Shown in pieces: positions 1 through 11,205 of a stretch of DNA of 64,000 nt. The stretch's first letter is position 1. Every line of letters begins with the position of its first letter. Both the position numbers and the translations under genes were made by a program. The notes below the pieces were generated by a model. That model did not search any database. It worked only from the letters and a program-made list of their open reading frames with translations, and was not told where the DNA came from. Source of the DNA: Botryllus schlosseri (lineage: Eukaryota); NCBI GenBank assembly GCA_051294905.1, contig CM119373.1:27900001-27964000 (forward strand). Direction: 5' to 3'.

Positions 1-59
1 ACGAAATTGCAGACATGCCGCAAACCTGCAATAATTACAATGACAGAGTGTGCGAGTCA

Positions 60-2160
60 CAGGGCATGGTATGGTATGGAATGGAATGAGAATCTTCCAT
101 ACTCCATACCCGTCCAATCGTTCCATACCATACTTGACAATTTTCCATACCATACCAACATTCTTCCATACCATATTTGATATTTTTTCCATACTTTCGC
201 AACTTGATCAACCTCTCAAGTGATATTCTATTTTTGATGTATGGTAATGTTCCGGCGTATATATTCTAATTATTTTGGATGAGATTATCCTTTTAAACAG
301 CCCTGATGCACCAATGATGTCCCCAGCTTCTTTATATCATATGTCGTCAGCGATGTAGGAAGGTATATTGTAGGTCTATACACACGGGATTATTTGTAAA
401 TCACAGCAGAATCTCACGGCATGTAAATCTAGTGTGGTAACGCACTGCTAGCATAATCTCATCTACAGAATTACATAAAACAAAGGTATATTGTCCAATT
501 ATAAGATAGGTTACCAACCTTTATACACTTTAAAATTGTTCCTCCAATAAAATTTGATAAGACTTCCTTTTGTAAAGACTTGCTATTGGTCAAAGTTAAG
601 ACCCCCAGAATGGAACAGCACTCAATAAAATTAATGAGCAGTGAACTGGTAACCGTACACGCAATGTTGCGCCTCCGTAAAATAGATATGTGAGGTAAGC
701 CGACAGAAAAATAGGAAGGGTTGGGAATTTTTCCAATACCAAGCATCAATTTACATGTGTAAATGCCGAATATATTGCATGGGTCAGATAAACTTACTGG
801 TGTTGACGAACTTATGCGTATATAAGCCACCATAACCTACACTGCAACACGCTACTATAACTCGAGCAGTAAGAAATATATGTAATTTCATCAGTAACGA
901 GTCCGGCTATGCAATCAATTCGCAATTCCACGATCCCCCGTGAGTACATATTCATATACATATGAACTTTTATGTTAACGAATAAGGTGGTTTCAATCAC
1001 ACCATTTCGCATACGAATGAAACAGGGATTTATAAAACTCCTTCTAGTTTTAGAAATCCCTGCAATGAATAACCCACCTATATGAGGGAGATCGCGTGTC
1101 GCTGTCCAATCGATTCTCGCTAATTGGAGGCAATGATAATACGAATTGCTGAATTGCAAATGAGCGTAGAAATATTATAGATATATACGATCGGCATTTC
1201 ATACAGACGTTTAATAAACGAAGTTAATAATGTAAAAAATTTGTTTTCCAATTGAGTCTATTCCCAACCAGAAGGCCCTAAATTACCCACAGGCCACAAT
1301 TGGGGTATTCTTCATCGGTTGGAAACACCTGCATTGGGATATGTCTTTAAATAAATTTTACATCACTACAATCATTTTGCGACAGCTAATCAAATGTCTA
1401 TTTTCTCCGCCAATCTGTGGGTCACACTCGTTAGCTTCATTAGCCAACATCAAGGTGTCCGCTGTCCACTATATCAGAAATAAACAGATTTCATGAAGTT
1501 ACGATGCGTGGTGTAGGCCTGCATATCGTAACGTCGCTTCAAGACAAGCTACATATTTTTGAATTAAAATGATGGTTGTGTCAAATAGATATTGCGTGAT
1601 GATCATCCTCCCAAAGCGCAGAAAATTATTTCCAAAGCTCAACAAATTGATAAAAATATTGATGTAACTTCTACATTCTCAGAGTCTACGATTTTAGAAC
1701 TACGTTGGTTATTTACGTAGTGGCAGTAAAGATAAGCGAAATGCAATTGTAACGCGACAGCGGTCGAATATCATTCATTTTTATGATATTTAAATCGGAC
1801 TAATTATCAATAATATTGTTTTCATTCATATGCGCGTCGCAAAACTTTGCTGTCTTCAACTAGATGTCGACTGGGATGGGTGAGTCATGAATCACAATTT
1901 GAGATATGAACATAGACAGTGAGCGATTTTCTGTGGTATGCAATCAATTTGACAAATCGAAAGTAGGATTATTGTCATGGTTCTAGTAAAACTGTCAAAG
2001 TATGTAAAAAGTATGGAAGTATGGAAAACACATTCCATACCATACTTGGGAAATTTCCATACCATACCATAATTGCACTCTTCCATATTCCATACCGAAA
2101 TTTCGTTCCATACCATACCATACTTCCATACCATACCATACCATACCATACCATGCCCTG
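60..2160. mobile_element. Non-autonomous hAT-like element with CCATA/CCATAC subterminal arrays and a non-transposase interior
   Basis: 20-bp TIR CAGGGCATGGTATGGTATGG (60) / CCATACCATACCATGCCCTG (ends 2160). 8-bp TSD GCGAGTCA (52-59) vs GCTAGTCA (2161-2168), 7/8 match. CCATA arrays at about 60-200 and 1990-2160. Confidence 0.8.
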
Positions 2161-3789
2161 GCTAGTCATACCTGAATGCCCAGATTCGGCAATGGCAACG
2201 AGCACAATTTGTTCAGACGCGGACATAAGTTTTAATCAGAAAGATACATAAACACAAACAATATTACAGTCAGAGATTGTTACTGTTTGGAGAAAGTGTA
2301 CCTGCGGACGGTAGCGAGCCTACAAGCGGACGCGCTAAATCAAACCACTGCCGATAGTGCACGCACATGAGATATCGATGACCCATTTCGCATACAAATG
2401 ATTCTCGCTGATTTGCAGTGCGCGGCATCGATAATACGAATTAGTGAATTGGCATTTCAAAAGGACGGGATTTCTAGTTATAAATAAGAAACTGCCTGGC
2501 TACGCACCTGGGGTTTTAATGCCGACAACGCGCTGGTTAATATCAGCCCGGGACCTACGGCCTACGCAGGCTCCGATCAGCCAGTCGAATGTGATCGTAA
2601 AATGGTGCGCTTTTAATTATCCACGTGTTATACAGTAAGAGCAATATGGGAGCATGCCGCGACCTTATCAATAGAAATACATATCCCAAAGGTTTGGAAT
2701 TCGACTCTCTCTCTCTCTTTTCGATCCGCGATATGATTGCGCTAGCTCGACAGGGTCCGTCCAGCAATGAAGTTTATTGGAACATGGAAGGTTCCCGGTA
2801 AAACTAATCGAATAAATTCAGGATTTGCGCCACCGAGAAGCTCGTGTTGCATCAATATTTGACAACGTAATTCAACGCCGTTCACTGCACAATGCCCGGT
2901 ATTAATAACAAATCAAACACTGACAAGTGACACCTAGGGAATACGAGTGTATGAAGCAGACAAGAATTAGTAGCCTACAGATGATAGCAAACGAGAAAGC
3001 GCGCCATCTAATCAGCAATTATTCAACTTGCGTACAGCACAATGGGGTTCCAACTTGGAACTTCCTAGTCTGAAATCGCGACAATTGTTTGCTTATTATA
3101 ACGAGGTTTGAGCTGCATTGTTGCATTTTCCGATAAAACTTGTCTTGGCAAAGCTTTGTTAAAGTGATGATTATGCGCACTTTGCGCAGGAATAACTTTC
3201 AATTCACAGGCATACACAAACACAATGTCCTATTTCGCGCTCCAAGCATCCAATTAAAGAGAATATCACGGAACTACGAGAATTATTTTGTAAACGAATA
3301 TGGGCGCAAATACAATTTAATTAAGAGATGAGAACGTGAATTCGCTCCTCTGGTCGAGATAGAAGATGGTGTTTCTCAGCGCCAGCGTGTCGAAATCGAC
3401 GTCGTAAACGAGGTTGCTTCGATTATCTTCATGATTACTAATCACGGATTACAACTTATTGGGCCGTTTTAAGCACTAGTTTATCGTCGCCTACGAAGTT
3501 GCGTATTCAAATATTCGCGCGCGTATCTGTTAATGCTAGATAGTTGGCATTTACGCGCTATCACGGACTCGCTAATTGACAGCGCTGATGATTTGAAATC
3601 GCAGACGGCGGGCGTTTATTCTAATTGTATGGGGTGGCCGCCACCCCATAAATGTGTCATGGGGTGGCTGCGCCACCCCGCCACCTCGTAACTCGGCGCC
3701 TATGTGGTAACCCTATGATAACTAGATGGGCAACACGTGACTCACTGTTGAATCCGCCGAGATGCATACTGCTTATCCGGCTAAAAGCA

Positions 3790-4950
3790 GCACAATTGGT
3801 AGTTTTATAGTAATCCCCCAATCCCCCGAATTGAGGAGGCCGAGCTCGAAGGGGGCCCAAAATTATTTCGTGAATTAGCATAAATTATAGAGTATTTTTT
3901 AGAAATTTATGCAACTTTTTTAAAAAAATTTCGCGCTTGGCGCGATTTCAATTCGCCACATGTCTTGATTATTGGGTACTCTTCCCCAATAAAAAATACG
4001 CAAGATTTATAGAAATGGGCATTTCAGCGTTGGCCATGACCATACCACAACGCACCAAGACAAAAAAAGTTTTAGGCCATGTAACATGTGACTCCAAGAA
4101 GTGTGTCAGAACGATCGGCAGCGAGAAAGCCTTGGCCGTAAAGGACTGCTTTTATGCTGACCAAAAACTTCAAAATACAAAAAACTTCGTTATATATACA
4201 AAATACATATAGGTTTAATTGTCCATATAGGCGCCTAAATGACTGGCGCCGAATGTTCTTGTCTTGGCAATCTGAACCTCACCAGACAAATACTATCCCG
4301 CAGGAAAGAAAATTATATGCCGGTGAATAAATACCAATCTGAAATCGTGTGATCTTTCAGTTTAGTAGGTTTGGGCAATTCTACATTTTTTGAGATAGCA
4401 GACAAGAGGTCACGAAATAACATCATATAAAGATATCATACATAGGGGCCGCCCGTCTGAAGCTTTTTAATTTTACGGGGTCTGCAGTTTCAAAGACACC
4501 TCTCACTCAGCACTACCGGTAAATCTGATTACGTGGGCAAAGAGGGCAACCATGCAATTCCCAATCTCATTCACCGATTTTATCATGAATTATCGAAATA
4601 TTCGCGCGTCGCGCTGTCTCACTAAACAGTACAACTTTCATTTCGTGGCAAAAGCGAACAACGTGATGCGGGGTCAGTTTATCACCCTATGGGAGCCCGG
4701 GGTCCTGACGAAGTGCTGTTACGTTCCTGCCAACGGGTATACCCCGGAGATGTTTAATTACTATTGAGGGGGCCTATACCTCTTCAAACACACCTCACTC
4801 AGACTGGTAAATCAGATTACGTGAACAGAGACAGGATGAAAATTGATAGCAATACATGCAATTCCCGATCATATTGACCGATTCAGTCACGAAACTGAAG
4901 AAATTTCTCGCACTTCGCGCGTTTAGGCGAGAAAAACTGATTCACTCAAC
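3790..4950 (+). repeat. Dispersed repeat of unclassified transposon type with an internal tandem duplication
   Basis: Colinear, diverged inverted copy at about 23100-23937 (e.g. catgtgactccaagaagtgtgtcagaacg vs cgttctgtcacacttctcggattcgcatg). Segment 4490-4620 is repeated at 4786-4930. Ends are approximate. Confidence 0.6.
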
Positions 4951-5569
4951 GGACACCCAATGCAGCAAATTAAAAGCGGTAAACAGTGTACAGTTTGAAA
5001 TCTCGCCAGGACAATGAAAGTACTCCGAATAGCCATGATGACTGTTTGGGTCCGTTTCACAACCGTAGTATTCGTGTGGCCCCGACCGTACTCTGAAATT
5101 CTAAATATGGCCCTCACACCGAAAATGTTTGGGAACCACTGGTGTACACTGTACAGTGGATACCTACTCATCAATTCCTTAACACAGGGATGCCGAATGT
5201 TTTAGGGTTGATCGCATTCTATTTCGGACCGGCTTCACTTTATTCGATTTCGGATATTAGTACGCTTTGAATCGGGTCAAATTACCTGTTGCCTTGTAAA
5301 TGAGATAAGATTTGTACTAGCTTTCGGGCAATGACTCTGCATATGAAATGTTTGTCACAAGTAGGCTACTAGCTCTACTAGCTCAATTATAAATGCAAGA
5401 CAATTAGAGCGTTGATATTCATGATATTGGCATGAGTGGGAGCAATCAGTTTATACCCTGTCATCGACACGAAAAACATGGGATTGTAGGTGATTCTTTA
5501 TCTTTGACTATGGGCTTCTACATCCCACATGCGGCGAGCGATCAAAGAACTAGCTGAGAACGTTGTTCG

Positions 5570-5890
5570 ATCACAGATGTCTATTTCTTGAACTGTCTGT
5601 CTTTACGAAGTAGTTTGGCATGAAAAAACTTTTTGACTTGAAAACTGACAAAACTTTATTTTAACGAAATCTGGATCAATGAGGAATTCCAGTAGTTACA
5701 TCACCCATTATGGCAGAGTTAATTAAATTTGTTACAGTACGGTACAACCAAAAATACTGTCCTAAACATTTGGGTGGAAAATGTGTCTGTCCTTACTAAG
5801 TAGCTTGCTGGGAATGGAGAAATAACGTTCAAAAGCAGCAGTTGTTGACTGGCAACACTGAGGTTGTGCCTACACTGCTGATGTCACATC
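5570..5890 (+). repeat. Dispersed repeat fragment
   Basis: Same-orientation diverged copy at about 44060-44400 (shared aacgaaatctg...gaattccagtagttac, gtgtctgtcctta, gaatggagaaa). Confidence 0.6.
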
Positions 5891-6936
5891 GTGTTACTTC
5901 ATTTTGGCAATGCTATCTGCATCACAATTTTCTATCATATGCGCTTCTTGATATAAGAACCAATGTCCACGCAGTCTTGCTTCAGCTAGGATATTGCATT
6001 GAGCATAACACCATGCCAACAGAATTGTTTCATTAGACTATATATGATTTACAACGGGCAGACAATGAGCGGCATTGTGTTTAGAACTACATTCATTGCA
6101 GTAAAGAATTTATTAACTCAAAGACTTTTTGTGTGCCTCTTATCAAGAGTTAACCGCACAATAACAAGCATTTCAGCTGCAGGAGGCAGCAAGGTAGAAG
6201 AAAAACCCTAGCCGACCCCTCGGGGGTACAAAGCAGGAATGCAGAGGGTATATGAGATGCATTGTGGAATTAATGCTTTATTCTGAGCCCAAATTAATTC
6301 AATGCCTACATAAAGTGGAATATTTTATAGGAAGATTTTTTCAACTCCAGAATTTTCTTTACGCTACGGTCAATCTCGTATCGATAGTTTTATTCCTTGC
6401 ATGTTGACACCATCCGGCACAAATATTGCTAGTACTAACGACAACAGAAAAACATACATATAATGTAAGAAACGAGATAAACCATCTACCCGGTAATCAT
6501 ATATTACTAGTATCGGTTGAGATCGTTGGAATCATTTAGACGACGCGTGTGTCATGTAACCCACTGGTGCAGAACTAGAAGGCCCCAGCTATTCGGTGCC
6601 GGACAATGCCAATGTTTTTGACAAAATTTATTCAATTTCCAAAAATTCAGGATTGTGCACGCTTAAGGCAATTACTTGAAAGGCGAAAAAAAGGAAATAG
6701 ATAAGTCTTGCAAATGGCGTTATTCGATATGGAAATACTATGTTTGTTTTTGGATCTGATAGTGATGAAATTACCCGTTTAAGAAGTTATGCTTGAATAG
6801 ACGGGGATACTAGAAATTTTATTAAAAGGTAGGAACGGGTTACGCACCAAATGGGTTTAGAAACACTGCTATAGATCAACAGTGTCAAAATCCCCAACGG
6901 TGGGATACTCTTGTTCATTTGGTCTTTCCCTCGCAG

Positions 6937-7054
6937 GGGTTACAACAGTGGAACCACATTATATATGAAGCCTCTAGCAACTCTAACCTACAATCCGGGT
7001 ACGGGATCGGAAACGGACTGGATTGTACTCAGCAGTGGCTCAGTATCGTTGTGA
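6937..7054 (+). CDS. Candidate orphan terminal exon (GYNSGTTLYMKPLATLTYNPGTGSETDWIVLSSGSVSL*)
   Basis: Strong acceptor ttcatttggtctttccctcgcag ending 6936, an open phase-2 frame to TGA at 7052-7054, and AATAAA at 7063-7068. Upstream exons are not securely found and no homology was recognised. Confidence 0.3.
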
Positions 7055-9217
7055 CAGCTGCAAATAAAACTACCGTATCTGCGAATTTAAAGACTTACAC
7101 CAGAACTACGGCAGCTGATTCAATTGTCACAAATTGAATATATTAAGAGATTCATTAGTTTGGCGCTTCAGATGCCCTGTGGTCTGACCGTCCCAATGTG
7201 ACTACAGTCCATTGTTAACAGTGCCGTGTTATTGATTTTAAGGTAGATAGATGCTGCAACTCACAAACGTGTGGCAACACTGGGAGTATAGGCTACAGCT
7301 TCGAATGTAAACCATTATACAAGTAATGTAGCTCTAAAGACTCCATACAGAAAGCGAAGTTGATATAGCCTACACACAGCTACTATGGTAAGCGAAATTT
7401 GCAGTTAGCCACCATTAACTTACTGATGCAGATCAGCAAATTCCAAGTAGCCTCTTGTCTGACTCAACCACGGGAAATCTGATGGCGCCATTGTTGCACA
7501 GAGAACTATTCTAAAAGGATTGAACAATCGCGAATAGGATCTATGCCGGCTGGTTCATATCTTCCAACAGTGACCCTAAATTGATAACATATTCGTACCA
7601 GGTAGGCTTTTTCGAATGCATCAGAGAAACGTTTAGAATTACATCAAGGATTTGAACTGTTTGGTATGCTTATCATGGTTATCACAACTCGATGATTCCT
7701 TCTTCACCCAATCATCACCGCTGATGATATAATTTATTTCAGAAATATCGCCCACCGTAACGGGACTTTACCCAATATGCTATTACAATATGTATTTTTA
7801 GGCACGGTACATGGAGAAACATGATCTCTCAGCACATATGCCCAGCACTTCCTGTAATCTACAAAACACCACTTAAAAGGCGCATAAAAAGTGAAGCGCC
7901 ATTTCCAGCCTTCCAATCACGTTACCAGTACATGCGTTAGAGTACACCACGGCAATCCTGCAATAAAAGGTAAAATCAGTAGGCATAATATCGAGATAGC
8001 ATGTTTTACCGGCTATATTAGGTGCACAGCAGGCTATGCTCCTGAGTTGTATTGCAAATTTTGGAACTTTTCTACAGTTTTCGGCAGTATCCTAAATACT
8101 CATAATTTGAGTAGCATGATGTTTTAAGCTCTATGAAGGATTCTTTCGCAACTATTTTATATTTTGCATGCAACTTTTTATGGCAAGTTTTATCAAGTAT
8201 CGAACGAAAGCTAAAGAAGCGATTGAAAAAACATGCTATAAATATTTTTCTGGTAGGTTCTGTTTTCATTGATCTGCATGACAAAGTGCGATGTGGTGGA
8301 TTAGATGCATCTCTACTATACCTATCACGTGACAGTTGGCTTGAGAGCTACAAGTCAAGCCGACAGTGCCCGAACCAAATTAAAAGTGGCAATATGACTC
8401 GACTTTTGGCCAAGCCCGCACTAACGAAAATAGGTTGTGACAAGTATTTTTAATAGAAGTTTTGTTGAGACAGTTGGATAGTTAAACTGTGTTTAGATAA
8501 ATGTCAATTCGTTATTTCGCAAGCAAGTTGTTATCTATTAAAAATTACAGTGTAAAGGAGGGATCTCCAACTTGTAACCCGCATGAGACTATTGTGCGGC
8601 CCGCTAGTCATTTTCACTTCAAATTGTATAATGAACTTAAATGGTTTCGTGAAATGAGAAAGTTTCACGTAGGTTTCAAATCGTTAGAAAATTGTATGCA
8701 TGATAGATTGACTAGCGAAGAAAGAAACGTTACAATTAAACACCCGGCAAATCTTAAACAGTTCAGTTTTACAACGGAACCTTTCAAGCATCTCATATAC
8801 TGATAATTTTTCTATTATTGCGCATAAATTCAACTATTCACAGCAACGTGCATTTTAAATAAGTGTAACTTTCTCAAAATTTTAGTGGAATAAAAACTTG
8901 CCCTAATTATAACCCAAATCTGATTTATCATCTGGAATAGACGCATACGCCAGTGAGTCTACAAATAGTTCAGAGCTTTTGCGCTTCGGTATGAATCAAA
9001 TCCTATTAACCCAATGTGTACCAAATGTACGTTGTGTATATAATTGAATATTTCCATGAATTTTGACTTCGCATCATGGAATGACGAAACGGGCATTTGA
9101 AAACTACAAAACGGTCGTTACGATTGAGTACAACCATTTTACCATTGTCGTCAAGCACAGACATGGAACGTCTCAAAGCCTCGTGTACTGACTGATCTAC
9201 TACACTCTTTCCTACAG

Positions 9218-11072
9218 ATGAATGCAAACTTCCTGATAGCGTTGCTGGCAATTGGATCCATGCTTGAAGTCCGGAGCGTCCATGGGATTCTACGGCAGAT
9301 TCTGGAACATTCACTTGGCGTTGGGTTAATGAGAACCGCTGTACCCGTTGTGAGGCGCCAAGCAGGAGATCAATTGAGAGTTGCCGAACATTTCCGTAAT
9401 TGAAATTTTTACCGACTTCGATTATCGCTTTGGATTAGCTTACGTACGATTAGCTTTAATTTTGATTTAATTCAAATGAACCCGTCTATAAAGGTATAAT
9501 TCCTTCAGTCCCAACATATTAGCATGTGGCACAATGAACAACGACGGTTGAGCATGCGACACCTGGGCATGTCGCTGCATATAGCCCCAGAACTAACGTT
9601 GTCCTCAACCCTAACCCCAATGTAAACCCGCATGCTAACCCCTAACGCAGGAATTCCCAACCTTTGAGTCACGGCTTCTGAAGGGCCATAAACACTTATC
9701 ATCAAGTCTATTCCCATATATCAATACAAATATATTATAATGCAATAAAATGATGGTGTACTCTTGAAGCTGCAGGAACAGACGACATCCAAAATTTGAC
9801 CATATATTGGGTAAAACGAAGCAAATTGTACCCGACGCGTAATGAAATTGGTATGCCATTTATGTTGCCTTTAGCATCAACATATATTGTTGTATATTTT
9901 GTCTCACAACTATTCAACGCAGTGTCTTGGATATTCAGTATGAAACGTGCCGGGCTCATCACACCAGCAGAGCAAAAACAAGTTTCACATTGACTTAATA
10001 TGTAATACCTCATTAATGTACTATCGTTTTCGTCTAGCATCGTATTTATATCATTTCCTAAGAGCCTTTATTGGAGGCCATATGATTTCATAATTCTAAC
10101 TACCGATTACGGTACCGACCATTTCTAAAATTTAGGAAAAACGTTTTTTAATTTTTTATAGGGTTGAAAAAGGGTTGAAAATAGGATGGCCATTGATTTT
10201 TCAACATATTCAAAGGGGGCACAGCGTGAGAAACTTGGGTAACCCCTACCCTAGCGCAACGCAGACCGACTCTTCAATCCACACGTCGAAATGTCAAATT
10301 GGTAAGTGTCGCAAGCTCACATGTCAACGGAACTATCGACTGCCCGTAGACAGCATATTCCAATCGTTTAATACAGTAAAACCAGCGTGTACTCAAAGGT
10401 GGTGTGGACACTCGGAAAATCACGTGACTGTCACGCCCAGAAACCTTTGATGACTTTGTTGCTACCGATCCGTCTGCAGCAGTAATTAAAGGCAAAGTCG
10501 CTATTGATCTTTGTTGATTTTGACTGCGTTCCATATCGAGTTAGGTGACGGGATTCGGTATGGTATATTTTGATGCTGTCATCTAGCACTGTACCAAGTT
10601 TCAAGGCTGTGAATCAATGATTAACGTATGAATTTCGCTGTCAAGTCGAGTATCTGGTAGATGAGCGCGCACCGATATATTGCCGACTTTGATGACGGAA
10701 TTACTATGCTAATATTTGGGTGACAATCCTGAAACTTACTGCGAAGTTGGATAACACAGCTAAGATACATCATACCGAATTTCGTCATCTATCTCGGTAT
10801 GGAACGCTTTCAAAATTCACATATACCAATATCAAATTTCCGGATAATTCCTTTATGCGGTAGGCTCAATGCCCAATCAGCGCACGTGCGGGCGTGACAG
10901 TCACGTGATTTTCCGAGTGTCCACACCACCTTTGAGTACACGCTGGTAGAACAGTGTCCTCGAATAACATTCACTTTTACCATTTACAGTTTTCGATGAT
11001 GACGACTTTGACGAAATGACACTCAAGTACGCTGGACAGGATTATGCCTCCGAACATGCGTTTGATATATAG
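9218..11072 (+). CDS. Secreted antimicrobial-peptide-like precursor, 86 aa, 2 coding exons (9218-9395, 10990-11072)
   Basis: MNANFLIALLAIGSMLEVRSVHG-ILRQILEHSLGVGLMRTAVPVVRRQA-G-DQLRVAEHFLFDDDDFDEMTLKYAGQDYASEHAFDI*. Donor C|GTAATT at 9396 and acceptor cacttttaccatttacag ending 10989 are phase-1 compatible. Acceptor directly before ATG; AATAAA at 11152. Layout matches tunicate clavanin/styelin precursors. Confidence 0.7.
10382..10946. mobile_element. MITE / foldback element with perfect 57-bp TIRs, in the peptide-gene intron
   Basis: CCAGCGTGTACTCAAAGGTGGTGTGGACACTCGGAAAATCACGTGACTGTCACGCCC at 10382 and its exact reverse complement ending 10946. The interior is also imperfectly palindromic. 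TSD not resolved. Confidence 0.8.
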
Positions 11073-11151
11073 CCTATAGCTGTAATGCCACCAGCACGAG
11101 CAATCACACATGTCGTACTACTTAAACCGAGTAGTATATAAATGGATGTAG

Positions 11152-11157
11152 AATAAA
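11152..11157 (+). promoter_or_regulatory. Putative polyadenylation signal of the peptide gene
   Basis: AATAAA about 80 nt after the TAG at 11070-11072. Confidence 0.4.
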
Positions 11158-11205
11158 TATCTTCAATGATCACGGTTTTGGCAATGACTTTGGTAGCATA
11201 ACTAC

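Noticed and set aside
1892-2251. Repetitive ORFs (MVWYGMVWKYG..., PYHTIPYHT...)
   Set aside because: They are translations of the CCATA subterminal array of the 60-2160 element.
3330-3470. GC-rich stretch open on both strands (EFAPLVEIEDGVSQRQRVEIDVV / SNHEDNRSNLVYDVDFDTLAL)
   Set aside because: Neither strand has convincing splice sites or a partner exon, so it was left uncalled.
9590-9660. CCCTAA-like telomeric words (also near 40750 and 50760)
   Set aside because: Only a few degenerate units. More likely part of a dispersed repeat than an interstitial telomere.
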